DNA from: Spirochaetia bacterium | GTDB lineage: Bacteria > Spirochaetota > Spirochaetia > DSM-27196 > Salinispiraceae | DNA length: 64,000 nt | Direction: 5' to 3' | Assembly: GCA_038204425.1 (NCBI GenBank) | Contig: JBBRCZ010000002.1 | Coordinates: forward strand, 128,001-192,000 | Shown: positions 40,876 to 50,301 of the stretch, in pieces | Numbering within the stretch: position 1 is the stretch's first letter | Layout of the letters: every line of letters begins with the position of its first letter | Translations under genes and position numbers: made by a program | Notes under the pieces: generated by a model | Seen by the model: the letters and a program-made list of their open reading frames with translations, nothing else | Database searches by the model: none | Told to the model about the DNA's origin: nothing

Positions 40876-41471
40876 GCATTCTCTTGTTGTTTGAATTTAT
40901 GCTCATCCAGAACATGGCCTTAGCTTATGGTTTTTCGAGCGCATCAGTAGTCGCTGCCGGTGAACACTATCGTTTTTCATTGCGCTTGTTTGCTGTAACG
41001 GCGCTTGGCCTTTTGTTGATAAGCCTTGCAATCTATTTGTTACAGTTCTTACTTGTAGACCTTACCGGTTGGGCATTTTTGCGGATCCCGGTGATTGCAA
41101 TTTCATTGGTGTTATTTTTGTGGTTGCTTGGCCGTTTTCCTTCTTTGCTCAAAGGCGTTGTACCAGGAATGGATGTTGGTGACTTTTCTTTGCTTAACTA
41201 CAATAGTCTATTGATGGGCATGTCGTTTCTTTTTTCTGTCAATCACTTGGATTTTGGCTCGGCCTTTTTTGGCATTGTTGGTGGAATAATTGGGTACGGA
41301 CTTGCTTTGTATTTTCATGATCTTGTCTTAAGAAAAATAGAGTTTGAGTGGTTACCACCAGTTTTGCGCGGGCATCCTATGGCACTTTTTTCTATGGGGC
41401 TTGTTAGCTTAGTTATACTTTTTATTGGAAAACTGCTTATGCCCGGACTCGAAGCCTTGGCAAAGGTTTAG
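40872..41471 (+). CDS. rnfA: RnfA-like membrane subunit (divergent)
   Basis: N..L...G start, G.GY.LA and P..LRG.P.AL..MGL motifs; about 6 TM segments. Confidence 0.65.
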   Translation: MSILLLFEFMLIQNMALAYGFSSASVVAAGEHYRFSLRLFAVTALGLLLISLAIYLLQFLLVDLTGWAFLRIPVIAISLVLFLWLLGRFPSLLKGVVPGMDVGDFSLLNYNSLLMGMSFLFSVNHLDFGSAFFGIVGGIIGYGLALYFHDLVLRKIEFEWLPPVLRGHPMALFSMGLVSLVILFIGKLLMPGLEALAKV

Positions 41472-41484
41472 AGGATTAGAGACT

Positions 41485-43488
41485 ATGTTGCCAGCTGAGA
41501 AGTCGACACGCTTGCCAATGCAGGTGGTTTTTGGAACCATAAATTCTTTTCCAGTTGGCAAATCAAACGACGAGCTCGAGCGCGTCTATCTCCATGCCTA
41601 CCGAACCATCCTCAAGCTATTTTATCGTTTCCCCAAAATCAATTTTACCTTGCATTTTAGTGGCATGATTCTAGATTGGCTTGAGCAGCATCATGGGGAG
41701 TTTACTTCGGCACTCACCGAAATGATCAAACAGAAGCATGTTGAGCTCTTGTTGGCAGGGCATTTTGACCCCATCCTTTCACTAATTCCCCGCCCCGATA
41801 GAATAGGGCAGCTGGAATATATGAGCACTCGTTTGCGAAAGTTGTTTGGACAGCGCATAAGGGGCGCTTGGTTGACCGAGCAATTCTGGCAACAGGATAT
41901 GGTTTCTAGCTTTAGTTCAGCAGGTATCGCCTATACTTTTTTGGACGACTATCATTTTGACCAAATTTGCCCAGAACCTAACAAGCTTCATCAGCCTTGT
42001 ATCACTGAGGATCAAAACAAAACGTTGTTTGTATTTCCCGTTTCTCATCAATGGTCGAGTGAGTTTTGGCAAACAGAAACCGAAGTCTTGTTGCTGAGGC
42101 TTAAAAAACTTGCCATCGACAACCCTGGCAAGGTGCTGAGCATTTTTATCGATGCCCAAAAGGGGCTTGGCTCTTCCGAAAAAAGAGATGATAGGCTAAT
42201 CAAGTTAGAAGCCTTTTTGGATGGGGTACAAGAACTGCAAGATCAAGATCTCATTAAGTCGGTTTTGCCGCAGAATTTTGTAAAAGTTGAGGCCGACTGG
42301 CCATTGCACTATTTCTCGTGCACTAACTGGCAGGAGATGCAGAACTTCACTCGTTTGGAGAAAGTAAAAGGCCAGTTTTCAGGAAGCATCAGAGATCATT
42401 TGATGCATTTCCCTGAAGCCAAGCAACTCTATTGCAAGATGCAATATGTGCATAGCTTGGTAAACCAAGTACGGGGCGACAAGTACCGCAAACAAGCGGC
42501 GCGCGAGGAATTGTGGCGCGGTCAATATAATGCCCCCTATTGGAAGGGCTCAAGCAATGGCCCAATCTACAATCGTTTACGCAAAACCAATTATTCGTCC
42601 TTGATTAAGGCCGAAAAACACACCCGAGAAAAGGGCATATTTGTTCCAGCGCTTTTTGCCACTGATTTTGACTACGATGGACTGCCCGAGGTTCTTTATC
42701 AAGGAAATGAAATCAATGCCTACTTGCATCAACGCGGTGGCAACCTGTTTGAGCTGGACTACTTGCAATCTAATTTTAATTATCTCGACACCTATGCAGA
42801 CCAAGTTAAACAAAAAAACGGATCTGCGGGAACGGCATTGGCTGCGCAGCCACTCAGATCATTTACTGATTGTTTTGCTCCACCTGGTAGTGAGCTTCAA
42901 TCCGTAATTTTTGCAGATGTTCAAAGCAAGATCAAGAGTTTGGGCGCAGAACTCTATCGGATTGATGAGCTTCGCAAAGAGAGCTTTTCGGTCAGATTTG
43001 TTGCAGATTATAATTTGCTGCAATTTGGTAAATCTTTTGCAATTAGTATTCGCAAGACCTATACCTTTAACAAAGCGCAGGTATTCGTTGGCTATCAGAT
43101 TACTAATCATTCCAGCGGTTTACTCAAGACAGTTTTTTGCCCGTCTATGTTTCTGGGCTTTAAGAGCGACGAACCCTCAGTTTTGCACATTTATCGAAAA
43201 GAGGGCAGAGGCAAGACAGAAGAGCGCCTTAAAAAAGATGAGCAGCTAAGTGAGAGCCAAGAAATCTATTTTGAGGACTTTAATAATAGAGTGGTAGTGC
43301 ACTGCCTAGTTAGTCAAAGTGCATGTTGGTGGCAACATACCATTTACGGTTTTGTGGACCCAACGGCAAATCATTACCAAGCCAATCAGTTTTCTCCACG
43401 TTGGTTGATTGAGCTGGAACCCGGCTTTAGCTTTGACGTTGATATCAGTCTATCGTTTACCCGTTTAAGAACTACTTCGTCTAGCTGA
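41485..43488 (+). CDS. Glycoside hydrolase family 57 (4-alpha-glucanotransferase/amylase-like)
   Basis: FTLHFSG..LDWL, DPIL..IP..DR..Q, GAWLTE..W, YTFLDDYHF, RGQ.N..YW and DFDYDG..E motifs. Confidence 0.8.
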   Translation: MLPAEKSTRLPMQVVFGTINSFPVGKSNDELERVYLHAYRTILKLFYRFPKINFTLHFSGMILDWLEQHHGEFTSALTEMIKQKHVELLLAGHFDPILSLIPRPDRIGQLEYMSTRLRKLFGQRIRGAWLTEQFWQQDMVSSFSSAGIAYTFLDDYHFDQICPEPNKLHQPCITEDQNKTLFVFPVSHQWSSEFWQTETEVLLLRLKKLAIDNPGKVLSIFIDAQKGLGSSEKRDDRLIKLEAFLDGVQELQDQDLIKSVLPQNFVKVEADWPLHYFSCTNWQEMQNFTRLEKVKGQFSGSIRDHLMHFPEAKQLYCKMQYVHSLVNQVRGDKYRKQAAREELWRGQYNAPYWKGSSNGPIYNRLRKTNYSSLIKAEKHTREKGIFVPALFATDFDYDGLPEVLYQGNEINAYLHQRGGNLFELDYLQSNFNYLDTYADQVKQKNGSAGTALAAQPLRSFTDCFAPPGSELQSVIFADVQSKIKSLGAELYRIDELRKESFSVRFVADYNLLQFGKSFAISIRKTYTFNKAQVFVGYQITNHSSGLLKTVFCPSMFLGFKSDEPSVLHIYRKEGRGKTEERLKKDEQLSESQEIYFEDFNNRVVVHCLVSQSACWWQHTIYGFVDPTANHYQANQFSPRWLIELEPGFSFDVDISLSFTRLRTTSSS

Positions 43489-43490
43489 GG

Positions 43491-44828
43491 TCAATAAATA
43501 TTGCTTTCTGAAAGACTGCTGTTGATCCAAGGATCTACTAAATCTTCCAGTTGGTCTTGAGCGATCAAAAACTCAGGGATGGCTTCTTTGTACTTACCAT
43601 CAAGATACAGGGCTTGTCCGAGATAAAAACGTCCTTTGGCAATCGCTGGTGCTGACAAAGGTAGGGTTAGCAAGCTCTTGAGCATCTTAATCGACTCTTT
43701 GAAATCGCCTCGAGTAAAATGCTTTTCTAGAATTTCTAACAATAGCCTAGACTCGCCGCTGACTGGCATAGCAAATCTGCCATCCAAGACCAATTTGTCG
43801 GATGGAAGCAACTCTGCTGTTCGCGCAGCGCCTCTACCCTCTATGAGGTTAATCTGAAGTGCCTTTATTCTTGCCATAAGCGCTGGCGTAAGCTCAACTT
43901 TGTTGCGTGCAAAATTCTCTTGCAGTCCGCTGATTTCTGGAGAAATTTCTTGCAGAGAGAGAATCGGCAATGGCACAAGTCGGTTTCTAATCTTGCCCTC
44001 CACTTTGGCTAACACAAAGGTCTCTAAGACAAGAGGAATCTCCACTGGTTTATCTAGGCTTGATTGACCTACAACTAAACTGATGACACCTCTTTGCCAA
44101 GCTTCGGTGTCGACAGCTGCATAGTAGTAGGCAACGCCTGGTACGGCAGTGTCTAGAATAACTATAGTTCGACCACTTGTAGAATTTATCTGAATAGCCT
44201 TGGCTAGATCATCTCGGCCTTGGATAGGACTCGTGCTTCTAAAGGCCGTGACCGTGCGTGTGTTGATGGAACTGTTAAAAGCAAGATTAATGGTTTGACC
44301 CTGGACCTGCGCATTGATAGACGTTATTTCTGTAAACTGTGCTTGTTGGTCATCTGCAACGGTTACAGCCACCGGATTGAGTGTCTTGTTTCTAAAGGGG
44401 ATAAAGACTTCTATGGCTTGTTTTTCACGACTTAAGGCCAACACTGCATAAAAGTAGTTGCCACTGGCTGGCGGCAGGTCGGTAAAAAATTGCTCGCCAG
44501 AAGGTACTTCGCCGGCTATCGTAGCCGCAGCAAGACTTTGATTGGTAATTTCGGCATCATGGCGGTAGATGCGGTAGCTTCCGTCAAAATTTGGAATATC
44601 TTCCCACGTAATTCTAACTTGAGAGTCTTTGGTGGCTATTCTAATCCGGTTTACAAAGGGCGCAAAAACGGTCTGAGCATTCTGATCTGTTGCCAAGTCG
44701 AGCTCACCAAGTACACTTTGCGCGTAGCCGTGGTGGGGAAAAACCACAAGCACGCAGCACCAGGCTGCTATCATCAGCAGCAAGGGATTGAAAAGGGTTT
44801 GAACCTGGCGCCTAAAGCTTTTGTGCAT
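43491..44828 (-). CDS. Exported protein with beta-sandwich (FN3-like) repeats and a C-terminal TPR
   Basis: Signal peptide; two Y.IYR..D...YYAV-type repeats; C-terminal FYLGQALY..G.Y.EA. Confidence 0.6.
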   Translation of the reverse strand: MHKSFRRQVQTLFNPLLLMIAAWCCVLVVFPHHGYAQSVLGELDLATDQNAQTVFAPFVNRIRIATKDSQVRITWEDIPNFDGSYRIYRHDAEITNQSLAAATIAGEVPSGEQFFTDLPPASGNYFYAVLALSREKQAIEVFIPFRNKTLNPVAVTVADDQQAQFTEITSINAQVQGQTINLAFNSSINTRTVTAFRSTSPIQGRDDLAKAIQINSTSGRTIVILDTAVPGVAYYYAAVDTEAWQRGVISLVVGQSSLDKPVEIPLVLETFVLAKVEGKIRNRLVPLPILSLQEISPEISGLQENFARNKVELTPALMARIKALQINLIEGRGAARTAELLPSDKLVLDGRFAMPVSGESRLLLEILEKHFTRGDFKESIKMLKSLLTLPLSAPAIAKGRFYLGQALYLDGKYKEAIPEFLIAQDQLEDLVDPWINSSLSESNIY

Positions 44829-44884
44829 AGTAAATTCTCCGCTCTCAGTATCGGCGTTTGGACAAGACTACTCAAGGATAGCGC

Positions 44885-44913
44885 TTGCCCCCTGCTTTAT
44901 AGACCAGTATACT
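44885..44913 (+). promoter_or_regulatory. Sigma70-type promoter of prfB
   Basis: TTGCCC-N17-TATACT upstream of the GGAGG RBS. Confidence 0.55.
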
Positions 44914-44950
44914 ACAGGCTTACAATGCTTTCAAAAGCCCTGGAGGAAGA

Positions 44951-46061
44951 ATGCTCGAAGAACTCTTGCAACCAATAAGCGAAATTAAGAGCGCCATCAA
45001 TGACACTTGGGGGCATCTTTGACCCAGATCGATTAAAGCAACGGATTGAGTCGCTTGAGTCTTCTTCAGGAGAAGAAGGTTTTTGGAATGACCGCGAAAA
45101 AGCCGAAAAAATGCTCGGGGAAGCCAAGCGTCTAAAAAACAAACTAGAACCTTGGCAGTCGCTGGTTGACGATGTCCGCGACTTAGAAGAACTGTGGCTG
45201 ATGGCCAAAGAAGAAAAAGCAGAAGAACATGAAGCTGAGATCCGCCACGAGCTTGAGAGTTTGAACACACGCTACGAAAAGCTTCGAATCTTGGAATTTT
45301 TGTCCGAACCAAACGACGAGATGAGTGCTTTTTTGACCATACACTCAGGCGCGGGCGGTACCGAGTCCAATGATTGGGCCAGCATGCTCTATAGAATGTA
45401 CACTCGCTGGCTAGATCGACACGAGTTTAGTTACGAAATTATTGACTTGCAAGAAGCCGAAGGCGGTATCAAGAGTATTACTTTGGAAGTTAACGGCGAT
45501 TACGCCTATGGCTACTTAAAGGCCGAAACTGGTGTTCACCGCTTGGTTAGAATTTCTCCCTTTGATTCGGCGGGGCGCAGGCACACCTCGTTTTCTAGCG
45601 TTTATGCCTTGCCACAACTTGACGACACGATTACGATCGATATTAGGCCGGAGCATGTGCGCATTGACACGTTTAGAGCGGGTGGTGCGGGTGGACAGCA
45701 CATCAACAAAACTGACAGTGCCGTTAGAATTACGCACTTAGAAAGCGGCATAGTGGTGCAGTGTCAAAACGATCGCAGTCAACACAAAAACAAAGATGCA
45801 GCTTACAAAATGCTGCGCTCACGACTATTTGACTACTACAAAAACGAACAAGAAAAAGAACGAGAGAAGACCGCAGTAGAGAAAAAGGACATCTCATGGG
45901 GTAGCCAAATCAGGTCTTACGTATTTCAGCCCTATACCTTAGTTAAAGACAATCGCACCAAAGTTGAATCAGGAAATATTCAAGCAGTTATGGATGGGGA
46001 TATCGATCGCTTTATTGAAGCCTGGCTCAAAGACTCATGGATGGCCAAACACCAGCAATAG
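44951..46061 (+). CDS. prfB: Peptide chain release factor 2 with programmed +1 frameshift
   Basis: GGAGG then ATG 44951; 23 codons end in GGGGG-CAT-CTT-TGA-C (45009-45023); the +1 frame has SPF and GGQ motifs. Confidence 0.96.
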
Positions 46062-46108
46062 CTAAGAAGCTCTTCCAGAAAGAGACTTTGAGCAGTATAG
46101 TAGGAAAT

Positions 46109-46489
46109 GTGGCACAGATACTAATAGTAGATGACCTAAAATTTATGCGCGACCTACTCAAGGATATAGTCACCGATCAGGGCCATATGGTAATTGGTGA
46201 GGCAAGTAATGGTAGAGAAGGCATTCTTAAATTTGCAGAGCTTGAGCCTGACATCGTTCTTCTTGATATTAACATGCCCGAAATGGACGGCATCGCAGCA
46301 CTCAAAAAAATTCGTAGTCTTAACCCCAATGCCTTGGTCATTATGTGTTCGGCACTGTCAGAGCAAGCAATGATCTTTAAAGCAATCAGTGCTGGCGCCA
46401 GAGACTACATAATCAAGCCGTTTCGGGAGGAGCGTATTTACCACGCCTTGCAAAAGGCAAGCCTCGTACATACCAACACTGTTAGATGA
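46109..46489 (+). CDS. CheY-like single-domain response regulator
   Basis: ILIVDD, LLDINMP.MDG, MCSA and YIIKPF motifs; GTG start after AGGA. Confidence 0.88.
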   Translation: MAQILIVDDLKFMRDLLKDIVTDQGHMVIGEASNGREGILKFAELEPDIVLLDINMPEMDGIAALKKIRSLNPNALVIMCSALSEQAMIFKAISAGARDYIIKPFREERIYHALQKASLVHTNTVR

Positions 46490-48051
46490 GATCGTCCAAC
46501 GCCTACGTGTTTGTTCTGACGGTTTTGCTTGCACTACCAACGGCGTTAGTTGCACAAACTACCACAACAAGCCTGCTGGGCTCCACCAGCACTAGCACGA
46601 CAGTGTTTGGAGCAATTACCAGCACAACGCTGCAAACTATCACCACGACCACAGTCGGAAAAGTAGCTATTGGCTTTGCTCGACTGGGGACCAAGAGTAA
46701 ACTGGCAGAGCAACAAATGTTAGCGATTACTTTGCCGCTGTCTTGGGCGCAAATCTACTCATCCGACAAAAGTCGCTTGGTAAGACCAGAAGAACAAAAG
46801 GAAGAATTGCTCAAAAGCCTTAGGAGCAAAATCATCATAGCAGAGACAGCGCTTTCTAATGAGCTGCGTAGTCGCGACGACAAATGGTTTACCTCAACTT
46901 TGGATGCAAGTGGCATAGACAAGCATCAAACGGCAAGAGAACTTGCCTTAAAAAATATTGCTCTGGCTAAAGCGGAGTATGAACAAGGTAAGAATCTCGA
47001 TTTATCTGAAGTCAATTACTACCAACTGCAGGTCCTTAGTGCTTCCGACGAGGGTTTGCATGCTGCAGTAGACGATGATAACAGCCCAGAAGGCATTAGT
47101 CGGCGAGCAAAACTAAAAATGCTAGTATGGGGCAACTTGGTTGACCTCGGTGGTTATCTTTTTTTGGAACTACATCTGTTTCATGCCGGACTAGGGCGTG
47201 AAATTTGGCGTCAAGACCTTGCCTTGCTTGGAGAAAACAGCAACCTGTGGGCTCAAAAAACGGCTCTCGAAATGGCAGATGCACTACTTGCCTATCATGG
47301 TGCAAGCGTAGAGTTAAATCCAAGCCCAGAAGATGCGCGACTTACGCTTACGCATCGAGAATCGGGTCTGCAAAGATTCGGCCAAGGAAAAACCATGTGG
47401 CACTATCTTGCGCCCGGAAGCTACTCAGTTCGCATGACAAGAGCCGGAAAGCTCGACAGAACCATTGATCTGAGCGTTGCCGAAGGACAGACGGTAACAC
47501 TCGTTCCTGAGATGCTTGATCGGCTTGGCTCTACGATGCGCATACAAACCTCACCGCCAAATGCTTCAATCTATGATGGAGCGTCATTTGTTGGTTTTAG
47601 CCCGATGGACTATGATTTACAGAACTCGGGCAATGTGATTAGTGTTCGCCTAGATGGTTACGAGCCTTTGTACATTACCAAAGAAGAGTTGACCGCACGC
47701 CTTGAGCAAAATGCACCTGGTTTGCCTGTTTCGCCGATTGTCTTGCATCGGAAGGTATTTGATTGGAATGACGAAGTGCAGATTAGGCGGGATCAGCTCT
47801 ACGACTCACTCGGACTATCCTTTTTAAGTTTTATTCCAGCCTTTGTTTTTAACAATTTGTACCTCAACGTAAGAAGCACTCTGCAATCACAGTCCGACCT
47901 AAGCGCCAACCCAAGCTTGGTGGCAGATGGAAATTTTTATTTGTCTTTGTACCCAGCCTTCTACTTCTTGGGTTTTACTATATTGGGTGATGCCCTACTG
48001 ATAAGGCTACCAAACTATTTAAATGCGGTTGAGTCCGCCAGCGGAAGGTAA
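46486..48051 (+). CDS. Exported PEGA-domain protein
   Basis: Signal peptide, Thr-rich linker, LAPGSYSV and IQTSPPNASIY..G.FVG.SP PEGA motifs, hydrophobic C-terminus. Confidence 0.7.
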   Translation: MRSSNAYVFVLTVLLALPTALVAQTTTTSLLGSTSTSTTVFGAITSTTLQTITTTTVGKVAIGFARLGTKSKLAEQQMLAITLPLSWAQIYSSDKSRLVRPEEQKEELLKSLRSKIIIAETALSNELRSRDDKWFTSTLDASGIDKHQTARELALKNIALAKAEYEQGKNLDLSEVNYYQLQVLSASDEGLHAAVDDDNSPEGISRRAKLKMLVWGNLVDLGGYLFLELHLFHAGLGREIWRQDLALLGENSNLWAQKTALEMADALLAYHGASVELNPSPEDARLTLTHRESGLQRFGQGKTMWHYLAPGSYSVRMTRAGKLDRTIDLSVAEGQTVTLVPEMLDRLGSTMRIQTSPPNASIYDGASFVGFSPMDYDLQNSGNVISVRLDGYEPLYITKEELTARLEQNAPGLPVSPIVLHRKVFDWNDEVQIRRDQLYDSLGLSFLSFIPAFVFNNLYLNVRSTLQSQSDLSANPSLVADGNFYLSLYPAFYFLGFTILGDALLIRLPNYLNAVESASGR

Positions 48052-48052
48052 A

Positions 48053-48964
48053 ATGTTTAAATCAGGAAAATCAGTAAAGTCTGGTAAAAAGTTCTCCGAG
48101 CGAATCATGCAACTGTTTGGAATGGGCATAGAGAATGAGAGCTTTTATGACAACATGGAAGATGTGTTTATAGAGGCTGACATGGGGGCTCGATTTTCAT
48201 TGGAGATTATCGAAGAAGTTAAACGTAAGGCCAAAGAAAACCGGCTCAAGAGTAAAGAGGATCTCCTTGCTTTGATTGTACAAGTGATTTCTGCTGCACT
48301 ATTGAGCGCGCGTCTAGAGCCAAATGACAGCGGCCTCAATTGTTTTTTGTTTCTCGGGGTAAACGGGGTTGGCAAAACTACCAGCATAGCCAAGTACGCG
48401 CATTGGTTAAAATCGCGAGGTTGGGGTGACAAAACTGTTTTGGCTGCCGGTGATACCTTTAGGGCAGCCGCAAGCGAGCAACTGGTATTGCACGGCACTA
48501 GGCTGGGTATTAGGACCGTTAGCCAAGGAAGTGGAGCTGACCCGGCCGCAGTTATTTTTGACGCACTTGAGAGTGCTCTTGCACGTCAAGACAAAGTTGT
48601 TTTGGCAGACACTGCGGGTAGACTTCACAACAAGGTGCACTTAGTTAAAGAGTTGGAAAAAATAGACAAGATTGTTCGTGCCAAAATTGGACCACAAGGA
48701 AACTACAAAAAAATTCTAGTGATCGATGCAACCACCGGGCAAAACGGCCTTCAACAGGCCCAGGTCTTCCATGAAGCGGTTGGCGTAGATGGCGTTATCC
48801 TGACTAAGTTTGACTCGACCGCCAAAGGTGGTATCGTGCTTTCCATTTGTCGTAACGTTGGCCTTCCGATTATGTTTTTGGGCCACGGCGAGACTTACGC
48901 TGATCTAAGTCCTTTTGATGCAGACGAATTTGCTCGCAATTTGATCGATCGAGAGCTCTCATAA
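48053..48964 (+). CDS. ftsY: Signal recognition particle receptor FtsY
   Basis: GVNGVGKTTS, DTFRAAA, DTAGR and TKFDSTAKGG motifs. Confidence 0.96.
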   Translation: MFKSGKSVKSGKKFSERIMQLFGMGIENESFYDNMEDVFIEADMGARFSLEIIEEVKRKAKENRLKSKEDLLALIVQVISAALLSARLEPNDSGLNCFLFLGVNGVGKTTSIAKYAHWLKSRGWGDKTVLAAGDTFRAAASEQLVLHGTRLGIRTVSQGSGADPAAVIFDALESALARQDKVVLADTAGRLHNKVHLVKELEKIDKIVRAKIGPQGNYKKILVIDATTGQNGLQQAQVFHEAVGVDGVILTKFDSTAKGGIVLSICRNVGLPIMFLGHGETYADLSPFDADEFARNLIDRELS

Positions 48965-48966
48965 CG

Positions 48967-50301
48967 GTGATTAAAAAATTTTTTGGCGGATTAGTATTGT
49001 TTTTGGTCTTACTCAGCTCGCATCTGTGGAGCCAAGAACTTGAGACTACGCCAGTCGTCAGTTTTGCTGAACAAGACTGGTCGGCCCGTTCGTTAACTGC
49101 ACTTAAGCTTTTTGAATCAAACGAAGTAGGGCTCAATGCAACACTCTTTGCCACACTTTCCGAGCAAGAAATAAAGCGGCGTTTTTCCAATTGGAAACAA
49201 GTTATCGATTGGTCAGTTGGTAAAGCAAGTGAAGGTAGCGCAGAGGCCTACTTAAAGGATTTGATAAAAATCCTAAACTATGCCTGCTCAACTAACGCAC
49301 AAAGCAACAAAATTGACTCTGGCATGCTGTCTTTGGTTCTGCAGTATCAAACAGCAAGTCATAGGGCCGAAGCTCACTGGCTTTTTGACATGGCACAAGC
49401 AGACCGTAGACCACTCTGGTTTGTGCGTAGACTATTTGACAAAGCTTCTAATTTGCGGGCAGAACAGCGCTTTCTTGAGGGATTGCCAAGTTTTAAGACC
49501 CTATACAATGAAAAGGGACAATTGATTGACGAGCAGGTTTACGAGGCCGGTGTATTTCTAGAACGAAAAGTGTTTACTTATAGAAACCAAAAACTTAGCT
49601 CAATAAAAATTCTCAACATAGAAGGCACGCACGTCGCGCTGCAGACAATTAGTTATGGCGTTGATGGCAAGTTGCGTTCTAGTACTGTAAAGCATGCTGA
49701 TGGAAGCAGCGAGCTCATTCAGTATCGATTTGGAAGTTCTGGACTAGATCAAGTCTTTAGTCTGAGTGAACTTGATGGCATTCGCTGGTTCTATGATCTT
49801 AGCAATCGCCTCAGCTCGCAAGAAAACTGGGACGGCGACCGTTTGACTGAGAAATTGACCATTACCTATCAGTCTCCTGATAGTGTCAACATGGCGAGTC
49901 GTCAAACTGAGTTTCCTCTAAGTTTAAGTCGCAAGCTTGAGCTTTTTGATGAAAAAGGACGCTTGTCACAAGAAGAGCGCTCAATTGAGGGCGTATTGAG
50001 CGAACGAGTCAGTTACGTTTACGACGAGAACGACAATCTTTTGATTAAGACACGCTTATTTGAAGGTGTCATTGAGGAGTGGTCGCGGGAGTACTTGGAC
50101 AAAGTAGTCAATATAGAACGGTATGCAAAAAACGGCGTTCCTGTTAAAGTAAGTCGTTATCAAGCGGACAATAGAATCGAAGAAATATACCTTAATGGGC
50201 TGTTGCGCTTGATGGTATATTTTGAAAAAGACATCAAAGTAAAAGTGGAGGAAGTCCGTGACGGGAAAGTTTTTGCCACCAGCCAAATCAACAAACCCTA
50301 A
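48967..50301 (+). CDS. Exported protein with YD/MORN-like beta-hairpin repeats
   Basis: Signal peptide; repeated Y-x-x-x-G-x-L units (YNEKGQL, YGVDGKL, FDEKGRL, YDENDNL). Confidence 0.6.
   Translation: MIKKFFGGLVLFLVLLSSHLWSQELETTPVVSFAEQDWSARSLTALKLFESNEVGLNATLFATLSEQEIKRRFSNWKQVIDWSVGKASEGSAEAYLKDLIKILNYACSTNAQSNKIDSGMLSLVLQYQTASHRAEAHWLFDMAQADRRPLWFVRRLFDKASNLRAEQRFLEGLPSFKTLYNEKGQLIDEQVYEAGVFLERKVFTYRNQKLSSIKILNIEGTHVALQTISYGVDGKLRSSTVKHADGSSELIQYRFGSSGLDQVFSLSELDGIRWFYDLSNRLSSQENWDGDRLTEKLTITYQSPDSVNMASRQTEFPLSLSRKLELFDEKGRLSQEERSIEGVLSERVSYVYDENDNLLIKTRLFEGVIEEWSREYLDKVVNIERYAKNGVPVKVSRYQADNRIEEIYLNGLLRLMVYFEKDIKVKVEEVRDGKVFATSQINKP

Noticed and set aside
46555..46655. ACC/ACA/AGC-rich quasi-repeat
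   Set aside because: It encodes a low-complexity Thr/Ser linker after the signal peptide and is not an independent repeat element.
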